Positions 39,047 to 49,173 of a stretch of DNA of 64,000 nt are shown here, piece after piece (positions within the stretch are counted from its first letter, which is position 1; the number at the start of each line of letters is the position of its first letter). A program made the translations under genes and the position numbers. Under the pieces are notes generated by a model. That model ran no database searches. It had not been told where the DNA came from and was given only the letters and a program-made list of their open reading frames with translations. Source of the stretch: a bacterium (GTDB taxonomy: Bacteria; UBA8248); NCBI GenBank assembly GCA_965207065.1, contig OZ242260.1, forward strand, positions 3,680,001-3,744,000, given 5' to 3'.

Positions 39047-39817
39047 TTACTGCGGGTGTTCGCCGCCGAAATACAGGTCCGTGAGCTGCGAATCGCGTGT
39101 GAGCTCGTCGACGGAGCCGCTGGCCAGAACACATCCGTTGAACATGAAAACCGTGCGATCGCTGATGTCGCGAATGAACGAGATGTTGTGCTCCACCACG
39201 CAGACTGCACGCCCGGCCTGGGCCTCTTCGCGGATGACGCGGATGATCGTCTCATAAGCCTGCCCCTCGACGCCCGCCATGGGTTCATCCAGCAACAGGC
39301 ACGCCGCATCGCTCATCAACGCCCGGGCGAGGCCGATCCGCTTCTGCTGGCCGTAGGAGAGTTCAATCGCCATATCGTGCATCTTGTCAGCAAGGCCCAC
39401 GCGCTCGAGAAGCACCATGGCCTTCTCCGTTGCTTCCTGGCGGAAGGCGTCGACCGAGCGGCGGCGTAACAGAATGCGCGCCAGGGATTCTCCGGGGTAG
39501 CGCCGCGTCGCAATCAGCAGGTTGTCGATTACCGACATCGAGTGAAACATGCGGGTGTTCTGCCAGGTTCGGGCCAGGCCGATGCGCGCGCGGTGGTGCA
39601 TGGGCAATTGATCCACGCGATGGCCTTCCAGAATGATTGAACCCGCATCCGGGGGAATCACGCCTGAAATCAGGTTGAACAAAGACGTCTTGCCCGCCCC
39701 GTTGGGGCCGATGAGGCCGACGATCTCACCCGCCTCGAAGCTCAGGTTGACGTCGTCCGCCACTACGATTCCGCCAAAGCTCTTGTGCAGATCCTCGACC
39801 CTGACGATTCCGCTCAT
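39047..39817 (-). CDS. Branched-chain amino acid-type ABC ATPase (LivG-like)
   Basis: GPNGAGKT, LSYGQQKR, LLDEPMAG, VEHN. Confidence 0.9.
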   Translation of the reverse strand: MSGIVRVEDLHKSFGGIVVADDVNLSFEAGEIVGLIGPNGAGKTSLFNLISGVIPPDAGSIILEGHRVDQLPMHHRARIGLARTWQNTRMFHSMSVIDNLLIATRRYPGESLARILLRRRSVDAFRQEATEKAMVLLERVGLADKMHDMAIELSYGQQKRIGLARALMSDAACLLLDEPMAGVEGQAYETIIRVIREEAQAGRAVCVVEHNISFIRDISDRTVFMFNGCVLASGSVDELTRDSQLTDLYFGGEHPQ

Positions 39818-40728
39818 TCCGCATCCCTCCTCGCCCTGAAGGCCGCGCTCGCGCTCCAGGCCTCGAGCCCGCCGCCGCCTCTGGTGCCTCCCATCAGGCC
39901 CTGAGGGCGTGCGAAGAGGAAGAATATGACGAGCGTCGTATAGATGACGCCCTGAAGCGGCGCCATGATGGAGACGGGCAGGCCGAGAAACGTGATGGCC
40001 TGCGGAAGGGTCGTCAGGAGCACCGCGCCCACCAGAGGTCCCCACGTCGTGGCGGCGCCGCCCACGACCACCATCGTCAACAGGGCCGCAGATGTGAATA
40101 TACCGAATTGCTCGGGCGTGACGTAGGCGAAGTAATGCGCATAGAGAGCGCCCGCCAGGCCGGCCATGCCCGAGCCGATGGCGAACAGGACGATCTTGAT
40201 GTTCATTGCGTTGCGGCCCAGGGCGCTGAAAGCTTCCTCGTCATTGCGCATGGCGGTGATGGCCCGCCCGTAATCCCCTTCTACAATCCAGCCCACAAGC
40301 AGGACCGCGCAGGCGGCGACGACCGCGATGAGCAGGACGAAGACGAGGCTTCTCGACGGGCCTTCGTTCAGCACCGGAATGTTGGTCAGCCCGCCGGCCG
40401 CGCCAGTGAATTCGAGGTTGTTGATGACGTGCAGGATACCCAACTGAAACCCGATGCTGGCGATGACGAGGTAATCGCCCGACACGCGAAGCGAGGGCAG
40501 CGACACGCCGAATGAGAGCACCATCGCGATTCCTGCTCCCATCAGGATAGAGAGCGGAACCGGAATCTGCAGGTGAATCGCCAGCAGGCCGGAGCAATAG
40601 GCCCCGATGGCGTAGAAGATGGGATGGGCGACGCTCATCAGCCCGCCGTATCCCAGAATGAGATTGAAGCTCGTAGCGAGGATCACGTTGATCCCGATGA
40701 GCACCATTACTGTGAGAATATATTCCAT
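39814..40728 (-). CDS. Branched-chain amino acid-type ABC permease (LivM-like)
   Basis: NLILGYGG, LRVSGDYL, MVVVGG, GPLVGA. Confidence 0.9.
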   Translation of the reverse strand: MEYILTVMVLIGINVILATSFNLILGYGGLMSVAHPIFYAIGAYCSGLLAIHLQIPVPLSILMGAGIAMVLSFGVSLPSLRVSGDYLVIASIGFQLGILHVINNLEFTGAAGGLTNIPVLNEGPSRSLVFVLLIAVVAACAVLLVGWIVEGDYGRAITAMRNDEEAFSALGRNAMNIKIVLFAIGSGMAGLAGALYAHYFAYVTPEQFGIFTSAALLTMVVVGGAATTWGPLVGAVLLTTLPQAITFLGLPVSIMAPLQGVIYTTLVIFFLFARPQGLMGGTRGGGGLEAWSASAAFRARRDAE

Positions 40729-40735
40729 GTCCTAC

Positions 40736-41683
40736 TCAATCGCGCGTGGCGTCGGCCACCGCCACGGCGGCGGAGCGTCCCGAAGGTCTCACCAGCCCGC
40801 TCAGCTTGCGCGGCAAGGCGAATCCGCGCGGGAAGAAGATGATGACGACAAATATCAGAATATAGGCCAGCAGCGCCTGCCATTTGGACGCGATGACCAG
40901 AATGCTGAACGCCTGTATGAGACTCAGCGCAATCGCCGCGATTCCTGCGCGAAAGACGTTGCCAATCCCGGCCAGAATCGTCGCGATGACGGCGAAGATC
41001 AAAAGATGCTGGAGCGGCGTGGAGGGAAACAACGCCGCCTTCGTCCCGAAAAGATACATGCCCGCCGTGATGAGTACCGCAGCGATGGAGATCGAAACGC
41101 CGTAGGCGCGCTTTCGGCTGATTCCGTATATCTCCGCCAGATTCTCGTTGTCGGCGACGGCAATCAGATACTGGCCGTAGCGCGTGCGGTTGATGAAGAG
41201 GTAGAGGATCAGCATCAGCACCGCCGTCACGGTGAGCGCCACCAGGTCCCAGTGACTGATCGCGATGCCGCCGTAAAGATCGACGGGCCACAACAGACTC
41301 GGGTAGAGCGTCTGCGGCTCGGTTCCGAAAGCGAGTTCGGTGAGATAGACAGAGAACTCCGAGAAAACGATCGTGAAGATAAACAGGGTCAGGATAGAGG
41401 AATTGCGATCACGGAAAACCATGAATGCGTAGCGCTCGAGCGCGAGCGAAACCGCAAGCGTTATCAGTAGCCCGAAAACCAGGGCGGGAACCAGCGGCAG
41501 ACCCCAGTGCCGAAACGCCACGAGCAGGGAGTAGTAGGCGAACACCATCACCCCGGCCTGAGCGAAGTTCCATATCTTGTTGACCTTGAGGACGAGCGAG
41601 AAAGCGACCGCAAACAGGCAGTAATAGGTCGCGGCAGCGAAGCCCGTCCACAGGAGCTGCCCCAAAATCCCCCAGGTCAGCAT
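40736..41683 (-). CDS. Branched-chain amino acid-type ABC permease (LivH-like)
   Basis: NFAQA, RTRYG..LIAVADN, ILAGIG, FFPRG. Confidence 0.9.
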   Translation of the reverse strand: MLTWGILGQLLWTGFAAATYYCLFAVAFSLVLKVNKIWNFAQAGVMVFAYYSLLVAFRHWGLPLVPALVFGLLITLAVSLALERYAFMVFRDRNSSILTLFIFTIVFSEFSVYLTELAFGTEPQTLYPSLLWPVDLYGGIAISHWDLVALTVTAVLMLILYLFINRTRYGQYLIAVADNENLAEIYGISRKRAYGVSISIAAVLITAGMYLFGTKAALFPSTPLQHLLIFAVIATILAGIGNVFRAGIAAIALSLIQAFSILVIASKWQALLAYILIFVVIIFFPRGFALPRKLSGLVRPSGRSAAVAVADATRD

Positions 41684-41712
41684 GGTTTGACGTCACACAC
41701 GATAAAATCCCG

Positions 41713-41738
41713 GTGGGCGCGCCCGCCGGCGCGCCCAC
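41713..41738. other. GC-rich intercistronic hairpin between SBP and permease genes
   Basis: GTGGGCGCGCC-CGCC-GGCGCGCCCAC, 11-bp perfect stem. Confidence 0.65.
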
Positions 41739-41757
41739 ACAGAGAAAACATAAGCCA

Positions 41758-42942
41758 TTAATCCTTCTGGGAACCGATCAGCGTGAATTTACCGCCCTTG
41801 ACCTGCCAGAAATAAACCGGTTTCTTGACCGTGTGATCATCGTTGATGGTCACCGTATTGGTCAAAGGCTGCTCGAACGTCTTTATTGCCACCAGCGCCT
41901 TGCGCATGTTTTCGCCGGTGATCGGCAGCTTCTTGTCCAGCACCCATTTGTAGAGCGCCGCCACGATGTAGGGCGCATCGTAGAAATACTGCGTGTAGGG
42001 CAGCCCGATGGGCATGCGCTTGTACGCCTTTTTCCAGCGCTCGATATAGGCGGGCAGGTTCTTGTTGTCTTCCACGCTGGGGGCCAGCGCGGTCACGATG
42101 ATGCCCTCCGCGCCCTTGCCCAACTGCTGGATCATTTTGGGGTTGAAAGCCGTCTGATAGCTGGTGATCTGGGTCTTCACGCCGAGCTGACGCATTTGCG
42201 CGACGACGGCCGTGAAATCGCGGATCACGCTGTGGATGTGGATGATGTCGGGATTCGCCGCTTTCACCTTGAGCACCAGGCCGGTGAAGTCCGAACGCTC
42301 CTGTTCGTACGACTCGAAAACGACGACTTTGCCGCCGGCCTTCTTGAAGCTGTTGCTGAATACCTTGGCCCCGTCACGGCCCGTCTCGTGGTTCACGTGC
42401 AAGACGGCGGCGCGGCGCTTGCCCATCTTCTGAAAGGCGTATTTGCCCAAGGCGTTCATATCCACGTCCGCCAGCGGGAAAGTCGTATAGACGTAATCGC
42501 CCAGGCGCGCGATGGCCGGCGCGTTTGCCCCTACGCTGAGCATCAGCACCTTTTCACGGTTGGCGATGGGGGCGACCGCCTTGACCACGTTGCTGAACGC
42601 GGTGATGTATACTGGCACCTTCTCAACATGGACGAAGCGGTTGACCACCGCGATGCCGACCTCCGGCTTCGCCTGGTGATCCAGAATGATGGCTTCGAGC
42701 GGATGTCCGTTGACGCCGCCCTTGGCGTTGATGTCCTCGACCGCCCAGCGGACCGCCTGCATCTGGTCCTTGCCGAAAATCGCGGCGGGCCCGGTCAACG
42801 GATCGGCGACCCCGAAGCGAAGCGGTTTCTTCTTGGCCGCTGACGCGTCACCGGCGAGCGGGCCGCCCAGCAAACCAATCGCTACGACGAGCGCAACCCA
42901 GAAAGTGGCGCGTTTCAAAAAGCGCGAAAAAATGTGGTTCAT
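41758..42942 (-). CDS. LivJ/LivK-type ABC substrate-binding protein
   Basis: Signal peptide, PLTGPAA, AVEDINAKGGVNG; GGAG RBS before ATG 42942. Confidence 0.9.
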   Translation of the reverse strand: MNHIFSRFLKRATFWVALVVAIGLLGGPLAGDASAAKKKPLRFGVADPLTGPAAIFGKDQMQAVRWAVEDINAKGGVNGHPLEAIILDHQAKPEVGIAVVNRFVHVEKVPVYITAFSNVVKAVAPIANREKVLMLSVGANAPAIARLGDYVYTTFPLADVDMNALGKYAFQKMGKRRAAVLHVNHETGRDGAKVFSNSFKKAGGKVVVFESYEQERSDFTGLVLKVKAANPDIIHIHSVIRDFTAVVAQMRQLGVKTQITSYQTAFNPKMIQQLGKGAEGIIVTALAPSVEDNKNLPAYIERWKKAYKRMPIGLPYTQYFYDAPYIVAALYKWVLDKKLPITGENMRKALVAIKTFEQPLTNTVTINDDHTVKKPVYFWQVKGGKFTLIGSQKD

Positions 42943-43103
42943 CGACTTTTCTCCCGTGTGGATGTGAACCTCGTTATTCGGTTGTTTGGCAGTCCGAAAA
43001 TTACAACACGGCCCCTTGAGCCTTGTCAATGTATTGGCGGGAGAAGCCGTAAAGCCAATGGGCGCCAGGATAAGGGAAATTCTGATGGTTGGCGGTGTAG
43101 ACG

Positions 43104-44177
43104 TCATCTCCCGTGGGCACGGTGGTACTGGTCAGCGACATAGGCCTCATCCGACACACCGAGTGCTGCGGCTGCTTTTTGCGGCCAGTAGGGCTCGCGC
43201 AGCATCTCGCGCGCCATGAATACGATGTCGGCCTCGCCATTTCGGACAATCTGATCCGCCTGCCACGCCTGGGTGATCATCCCCACCGTGGCTGTGGGTA
43301 TATCGGCCCCCGAACGCACGGCTTGCGATAGCGGCGCCTGATAACCCGGCCCCACGGGAATCTTCGCCAGCGGCGTTCCCCCGCCCCCGCTGCAATCGAT
43401 GAGGTCGATTCCTTCGATCTTGAGTATTTTTGCGAGTTCAATCGTTTCATCGAGCGTCCAGCCGCCCTCGAAATAGTCGGTGCATGAGAGGCGGATGGCC
43501 AGCGGTTTCTCTTCCGGCCATTGTTCCCTCACGATTCGAACGGTCTCCAACGTGAAGCGTATGCGATTCTCGAAGCTCCCGCCGTAGTTATCGTCTCTGT
43601 GGTTCGAAACCGGGGAGTGGAAGCTGTGGAAGAGATATCCGTGCGCGCCGTGAATCTCGAGCCATTCGAAACCCGCTTCGTCGGCGCGCCTCGCGCCCTG
43701 GCGAAACGCTTCCTGAATCCCAGCGATCTCATCGGTGCTCAGCGCCTTGGGCACGCGCGCCTTCTCGTGAAACGGAATAGCGCTCGGCGCCACGATCTCC
43801 CAGCCGCCCTCCTCGTCGGAGAGATAACCCCCGCCCTCCCAGGTGGGCGCGCAACTGCCCTTTCGGCCCGCGTGCCCTATCTGAATCCCGGCGACGGCCC
43901 CCTGGCCGGTGACGAACCGCGCAACCCGCGCCAGTGGCTCGACGTGTTCATCCGACCAGATGCCCGAGCACCCCCGCGTGATGCGCCCACGCGCCTCCAC
44001 GTTCGTCATCTCGACCATCACCAGACCCGCGCCGCCGACCGCGCGGGCGCCCAGGTGCACGAGGTGCCAGTCGGTGAGTTTGCCGTCATCCGCGCTGTAT
44101 TGACACATGGGAGATACGCAAATCCGGTTTCTGAGCGTAACGCTCCGCAAAGAGAATTCATCGAAAAGTTTGGCCAT
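43104..44177 (-). CDS. NADH:flavin oxidoreductase, Old Yellow Enzyme family (YqjM/XenA-like)
   Basis: RNRICVSPMCQYS, QIGHAGRK, EIHGAHGYL, YGGSFENR, PGYQ. Confidence 0.92.
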   Translation of the reverse strand: MAKLFDEFSLRSVTLRNRICVSPMCQYSADDGKLTDWHLVHLGARAVGGAGLVMVEMTNVEARGRITRGCSGIWSDEHVEPLARVARFVTGQGAVAGIQIGHAGRKGSCAPTWEGGGYLSDEEGGWEIVAPSAIPFHEKARVPKALSTDEIAGIQEAFRQGARRADEAGFEWLEIHGAHGYLFHSFHSPVSNHRDDNYGGSFENRIRFTLETVRIVREQWPEEKPLAIRLSCTDYFEGGWTLDETIELAKILKIEGIDLIDCSGGGGTPLAKIPVGPGYQAPLSQAVRSGADIPTATVGMITQAWQADQIVRNGEADIVFMAREMLREPYWPQKAAAALGVSDEAYVADQYHRAHGR

Positions 44178-44210
44178 CTTTCCTCTCACCCTTGGGAAAC
44201 TGAAATTCAA

Positions 44211-44251
44211 GAAAAATCCTCCGGGCGGCTTGGGAATCCCGCCCGGAGGAT
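44211..44251 (-). terminator. Intrinsic terminator-like hairpin after the SDR
   Basis: 13-bp stem ATCCTCCGGGCGG/CCGCCCGGAGGAT with T-run on the minus strand. Confidence 0.7.
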
Positions 44252-44271
44252 AAAAAGGCGCACAGCGTCGT

Positions 44272-45060
44272 TTACGGCGTCGCCCTGCGGCTGCCGCCAT
44301 CCATGTAAATGGAACTACCATTCACGTAAGAACACGCGGCGGAGGCCAGGAACACCGCGACGTTCGCCACTTCCTCGGGTTCGGCGATTCTTCCAGCCGG
44401 CGTCCTCGCGCCGACTTCTTTCAAGAACTCCTCCACGTCCTTGCCCGCCTTGTCTGCGGGTCCCTGCATGAGGTCACGCGCGCGCTGCGTGTTCGTCATG
44501 CCCGGACAGAGAGTATTCACCTGAATCCCCTCCCCCGCCACGGCGTCCGAGAGCGCTCTCGTGTTGTTGAGCACCGTGATGTTCGCCGCGCTCGTGGGGA
44601 TGTTCCCCCGCGCGGGACTCGCGCCTGCACCGCCCGCGATGTTCACGATGCGGCCCCAGCCGTTTTTCTTCATGTGGGGAATCACCAACTGGGACATTCG
44701 CAGATACCCGTACGTCTTGAGCGTAAGCGCTTCAGTGATGAACTCCGCGTCGAGTTCAAGAATATCTCCGCCCCGCGCCGCGCCCGCGCTGTTGATGAGA
44801 ATGTCCACACCGCCGAAATTCGCGACGCACGCATCGACTACCTTCTTGCAGCCATCGAGTGAATTCAGATCGGAGGAGACGGACATGCCCTCGCCCCCGG
44901 CGGCATTCACATCTTCCACCGCCGTAGCCAAAAGCGCCCCATCGCGCGCCGTGACGCACACGCGGGCACCCTCTTTCGCCAGCGCGATAGCGCATTCGCG
45001 GCCGATGCCCCGGCTCGCGCCCGTCACGATAGCAATCTTTCCCGTCAAACCTAGGTCCAT
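44272..45060 (-). CDS. SDR oxidoreductase (atypical active site)
   Basis: MDLGLTGK, TGASRGIG, GRIVNI; canonical YxxxK replaced by TSAAN. Confidence 0.88.
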   Translation of the reverse strand: MDLGLTGKIAIVTGASRGIGRECAIALAKEGARVCVTARDGALLATAVEDVNAAGGEGMSVSSDLNSLDGCKKVVDACVANFGGVDILINSAGAARGGDILELDAEFITEALTLKTYGYLRMSQLVIPHMKKNGWGRIVNIAGGAGASPARGNIPTSAANITVLNNTRALSDAVAGEGIQVNTLCPGMTNTQRARDLMQGPADKAGKDVEEFLKEVGARTPAGRIAEPEEVANVAVFLASAACSYVNGSSIYMDGGSRRATP

Positions 45061-45107
45061 CTTATTCTCCTTAGAAAATCATGAATAAATGATGAAAAGG
45101 AAATTCC

Positions 45108-46196
45108 TTACGCCAGCACGAGCTGGCAAGGGTTCGTGGCCCGGTACTCGGCCTTCTTGTTGGTGATCTCCATCACTCGGGGCAAATTTTCGATACCGTG
45201 CTCCTCGTGCGTGATGAGAGAGCGCACGTCGATCCTTCCGCTGGCCACCCACTTTCCCCCCAGAGCCACGGTGTCCGCGCCATGACCTTCCGGGAAAATC
45301 CACTGAATCCCCTGTGCGCGCATGAAGACCGGGTCGAATTTCACATCTCCGATGAGGCCGGCAATCTGGAGAACGCGCCCGCCGATGCGCACCATCCGCG
45401 TCGCCTGATGAAGCGTAGTATGGCCCGAGAGACCCTGATCCGCATTGCCGCCGGCGCACTCGAATACGAGGTCGACGCCCCTGCCTTCGGTTACCTCCAT
45501 CACCTTCTCGACAGGGTCGTCTGATCTCGCGTCGATGACTTCATCCGCACCGAACTTGCGGCTCAAGGCAAGGGCCTCGTCTTTCACATCGCTGACATAG
45601 ACGGCCCCCGCTCCGCAGGTGCGCGCGGCCTGTAAGGCATAAAGACCCATGACCCCCTGGCCGGTGATGGCCACTGTCTCGCCCGTCTGAATCTTCGCAT
45701 CGCGCATGGCGGCGACCGTGGAGGAAAGCGGCTGCAGACAGGCGATGGAAGTATCGTCCAGCGTTTGCGGCGGCCTCACGAGGCCGTGCGCCGGAAGCGA
45801 GATATATTCGGCGAACGCGCCCGGCGTGTTGATTCCCACGTGCAGCTTGTCGATGCAGTACATCTCCCGGCCCTCGCGGCAGAAACTGCACGCAAGACAC
45901 GGAACGTGGCCCGAGGTGCAGACCCTGTCGCCAGGAGCTAAATGCTCGACGCCATCACCCACCTCGACGACTTCCGCGCTCATCTCATGGCCCAGCAACT
46001 GCACGGGTGCGTATTTGTCGAGCATTTCCCTCAAGAGCGCCGAATTGATGGTTCCGACCCCCAAAGACCTCTGCACGTCGGTGATGCTCGGCTGCACCCG
46101 CCGCACCTTGCACACGGCCCAGCCCGGCTTCACTTCGGGGTCTGGCACCTCATCGAGCCTCATATCGCCAAAGGCGTAGAAACGCCATGCTTTCAT
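45108..46196 (-). CDS. Zn-dependent alcohol dehydrogenase (MDR), divergent catalytic-Zn site
   Basis: GHE, CLACSFC...C, GQGVMG; the CxxD catalytic Cys is replaced (QPSITD). Confidence 0.85.
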   Translation of the reverse strand: MKAWRFYAFGDMRLDEVPDPEVKPGWAVCKVRRVQPSITDVQRSLGVGTINSALLREMLDKYAPVQLLGHEMSAEVVEVGDGVEHLAPGDRVCTSGHVPCLACSFCREGREMYCIDKLHVGINTPGAFAEYISLPAHGLVRPPQTLDDTSIACLQPLSSTVAAMRDAKIQTGETVAITGQGVMGLYALQAARTCGAGAVYVSDVKDEALALSRKFGADEVIDARSDDPVEKVMEVTEGRGVDLVFECAGGNADQGLSGHTTLHQATRMVRIGGRVLQIAGLIGDVKFDPVFMRAQGIQWIFPEGHGADTVALGGKWVASGRIDVRSLITHEEHGIENLPRVMEITNKKAEYRATNPCQLVLA

Positions 46197-46322
46197 GGTT
46201 GCGAACCCTCCACTTGTAAAGGCAAACTCACCGCAATAGCTCTTAACACTCTTTTCCCCATCCGCCAAGATAAGAATGGGGATTTGTTCGCGCGCGGCTC
46301 TCTGCCCGCGCAGGGAGAAAAC

Positions 46323-47372
46323 ATGCCGGACACCAAGGTTCACGCGAAAGACCTCCTCGCCTATCTCGCGCGCGTTTACCAGGCCCTCGGTCTCCCCGAG
46401 CCCGATGCCAATGCTTGCGCGGCCCAGATTGTGGATGCCGAACTCAGAGGCGTAAGCTCGCACGGGTGTGTTCGCTTCGGGGTTTTTGTGGAACGCCTGA
46501 AAAAAGGGACGGCGAACCCGAGGCCAAACGTGCGAACCATCACGGATCTGCCCGCTTACTCTCTGCTCGATGGAGACCATGGCATGAGCGCCGTCGTCGC
46601 GCGTCGCGCCATGGAAGTCGCCATCGAGAAGGCGAAGGCCGGCGGCATCGGCGCTGCCGCCATCCGCAATTCCTCCCATACCGGCCACATCGGCTATTTC
46701 GCCGCCATGGCGTTGGAACACAACATGATCGGGGTAGTCATCAGCGGCGCGGTGGGAAATCTCGCACCGTGGGGTGGGTTCGAGCGAATGATCGGGAACA
46801 ATCCGGTGGCCTTTGCGGTTCCCTCAAACCAGGAATATCCCATCCTCTTCGACATCGCTACCTCGAAAGTGGCGAGAGGCTACGTGCTCCTGGCCGCCAG
46901 AACGGGCGAGCCGATTCCCGAGGGCTGGGCGCTCGACTCTTCTGGCAATCCGACCACGGACGCTGCCCTCGCCGCCAAGGGGACCATGCTGCCCCTGGGC
47001 GATTACAAGGGATACGGCCTGGCGCTCATGTTCACTTTTCTGACGGGGGCTTTGAGCGGGAACGGCTTCGACGCCGATCAGCCCGACTGGCTGGAGACGG
47101 ATAAACCCTTCGGTCTGCCCATGTTCGCCATGGCGATTGACCCGGAGAGATGCCTGGGCGGCGACTACAAGGCGGCGGTGGATGAGGCCGTGACGCGCAT
47201 CAAGGCCTCGGGCCTGGCGCCGGGATTCGACGAAATCCGCATCCCCGGCGAAGGCGCTCACCGCAGGTACCAGGCCGCATTGTCCGAGGGAATCACGATC
47301 AAAGAAGCGCTCGCCCAGGATCTGGACTGGATTGCGGCGGAGGTGGGTGTGGCGCCCTTGTCCGGGGGCTGA
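46323..47372 (+). CDS. Ldh_2-family oxidoreductase (ComC/AllD-like), paralog 2
   Basis: AELRGVSSHG, RNSSH, GNNP, FDIATS, YKGYGL; GGAG RBS. Confidence 0.9.
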   Translation: MPDTKVHAKDLLAYLARVYQALGLPEPDANACAAQIVDAELRGVSSHGCVRFGVFVERLKKGTANPRPNVRTITDLPAYSLLDGDHGMSAVVARRAMEVAIEKAKAGGIGAAAIRNSSHTGHIGYFAAMALEHNMIGVVISGAVGNLAPWGGFERMIGNNPVAFAVPSNQEYPILFDIATSKVARGYVLLAARTGEPIPEGWALDSSGNPTTDAALAAKGTMLPLGDYKGYGLALMFTFLTGALSGNGFDADQPDWLETDKPFGLPMFAMAIDPERCLGGDYKAAVDEAVTRIKASGLAPGFDEIRIPGEGAHRRYQAALSEGITIKEALAQDLDWIAAEVGVAPLSGG

Positions 47373-47523
47373 GCGTGATGAAAACCCCCGCCTTTGTTGA
47401 AGTGTCGGCTCCCATGCGCTAGTTTTATGACTCGTTGATTGGACGTTTCTCAATTATCCGTCACATGACTGGGTGCGAGGCGTTTTCGCGCCCTGAATTT
47501 TTGGAATTTTTGAAGGAGAAGAC

Positions 47524-47817
47524 ATGCCGGTAACTGCGATGATCATCGAAGATGGAGACAACGTCGCCACCTGCCTTGAAAAGGTGGCGAAGGGAGGCTC
47601 CGTCCGCCTCATGCTCAACGGAAAGATGGGCAAGACGCTCAAGGCCAATCAGGCGATTCCCTACATCCACAAAATCTGCATCAAGACGCTGAAAAAGGGC
47701 GAGCACTGCATGAAATACGGGCTGTCCATCGGCGTGGCGAGCAAAGATATCAAGGTTGGCGACTACATTCACGTTCATAACATAGAGAGCGCCCGCGGCC
47801 GCGGCGACCTCGCGTAG
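47524..47817 (+). CDS. SAF-domain small subunit of a split UxaA-family lyase (SuyA-like)
   Basis: DNVA, IPYIHK, KYG, GDYIHVHN. Confidence 0.88.
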   Translation: MPVTAMIIEDGDNVATCLEKVAKGGSVRLMLNGKMGKTLKANQAIPYIHKICIKTLKKGEHCMKYGLSIGVASKDIKVGDYIHVHNIESARGRGDLA

Positions 47818-47832
47818 AGAAGGAGGTCGACC

Positions 47833-49041
47833 ATGGCCAGAAGAAACGGAACGGGCGCAACATCAAAACGTTTGAGAAAAACCTGGTGGGGATACCCCCG
47901 GGAAAACGGGGACGTGGGCGCGAGGAACTACCTGCTCCTGCTGAGCGGCACCCTTTACGCCAACCCCACGTGCGAGCGCGTCGCCAGAACCCTGCGGCAT
48001 AGCGTCGCCCTCACCCACCCGCTGGGCCGCTGCCAGATAGGCCCCGACATCCAGCGCACGTTCGAGACCCTCGTCGGACACGGACAGAACGCCAACGCGG
48101 GCGCCGTGATCGTCATTGATCATCACCGCGAGGAAGGCTGCACGGCGGACGAAATAGCCCATGAAATCGCCAAAACGGGAAAACGGGTGGAGGCGATCAA
48201 CATCCGCGAAGACGGCGGCGCGATAGACGCCACCGCCAAGGCCACGCGCATCGGCATGGAGATGCTCCGAGAGCTCACGAACGAACGCCGCCAGGAAGTT
48301 TCCTTGAGCAAACTCCTGCTGGGGCTCAACTGCGGAACGTCGGACACCACGTCAGGCCTCTCCCACAACAAGGCAACCGGCTGGGTGACGAACCAGGTGG
48401 TCAAGCTGGGCGGACGCGCGCTTCTGGCCGAGACCACGGAGATGATGGGCGGCGAGGATGTGCTGGCCGCCAAATGCGTGAGGCCGGCTCTGGGCAAGCG
48501 CATCTGGAGGATGGTGGAGGAAATGGAAGAGCGCATCCTCGCCTGCGGCGTGGATCTCAGGGGCAGCCAGCCCACGGGCGACAACATGGAGGGCGGCCTG
48601 ACCACGATTGAAGAAAAATCCCTGGGCGCCATCCAGAAGGCGGGCTCCGCCCCCATCGTGGACGTGATCCCGTGGGCGAAGCGCGCGAACCGCAGAAGCG
48701 GACTCCACGTGATGGACACCCCGGGCCATGGGGGAGAGTCCATCACCGGCATCGCAGCGGGCGGCTCGCAGGTACTCATTTTCTCAACAGGCGGCGGCCA
48801 CACCATCAACCACCCCCTGATGAGCACCATCCGCATCACGGGCAATCCGCTCTCGGCGAGGCTTCAGGCCGACACCACGGACGTGGACGTGACGGACATC
48901 TTCGAGGGCGCGCCCATCGAGGTGGCGGGACGGCGCGTCTATGACGAGGTGATCGACGTCGCAAGCGGGAAAATGACGAAAGCCGAAATTTTACATGAGG
49001 ATAACGCCTTCGCCATCAACAGGATCGGGCCCAGCGTCTAG
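47833..49041 (+). CDS. UxaA-family dehydratase/sulfo-lyase large subunit (SuyB-like)
   Basis: GYPRENGDVGARN, HPLGRCQ, CGTSDTTSG, GGLTTIEEKSLG, MDTPG. Confidence 0.88.
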   Translation: MARRNGTGATSKRLRKTWWGYPRENGDVGARNYLLLLSGTLYANPTCERVARTLRHSVALTHPLGRCQIGPDIQRTFETLVGHGQNANAGAVIVIDHHREEGCTADEIAHEIAKTGKRVEAINIREDGGAIDATAKATRIGMEMLRELTNERRQEVSLSKLLLGLNCGTSDTTSGLSHNKATGWVTNQVVKLGGRALLAETTEMMGGEDVLAAKCVRPALGKRIWRMVEEMEERILACGVDLRGSQPTGDNMEGGLTTIEEKSLGAIQKAGSAPIVDVIPWAKRANRRSGLHVMDTPGHGGESITGIAAGGSQVLIFSTGGGHTINHPLMSTIRITGNPLSARLQADTTDVDVTDIFEGAPIEVAGRRVYDEVIDVASGKMTKAEILHEDNAFAINRIGPSV

Positions 49042-49173
49042 GAGATTCTTCACCAGCCCCGGAGGATGCGCTCCGTGGATCTATCCGGAGAAACGTTGCG
49101 TGGGAACTCCCATTCAGGGAGGATTCGACATTTCGCGGCAGGCAGCGAAGATTCCCTTTGCCCGGCGTTTTAG

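Noticed and set aside
45942..46721. Apparent overlap and long N-termini of the divergent Zn-ADH and Ldh_2 ORFs
   Set aside because: RBS-supported starts at 46196 and 46323 remove the overlap
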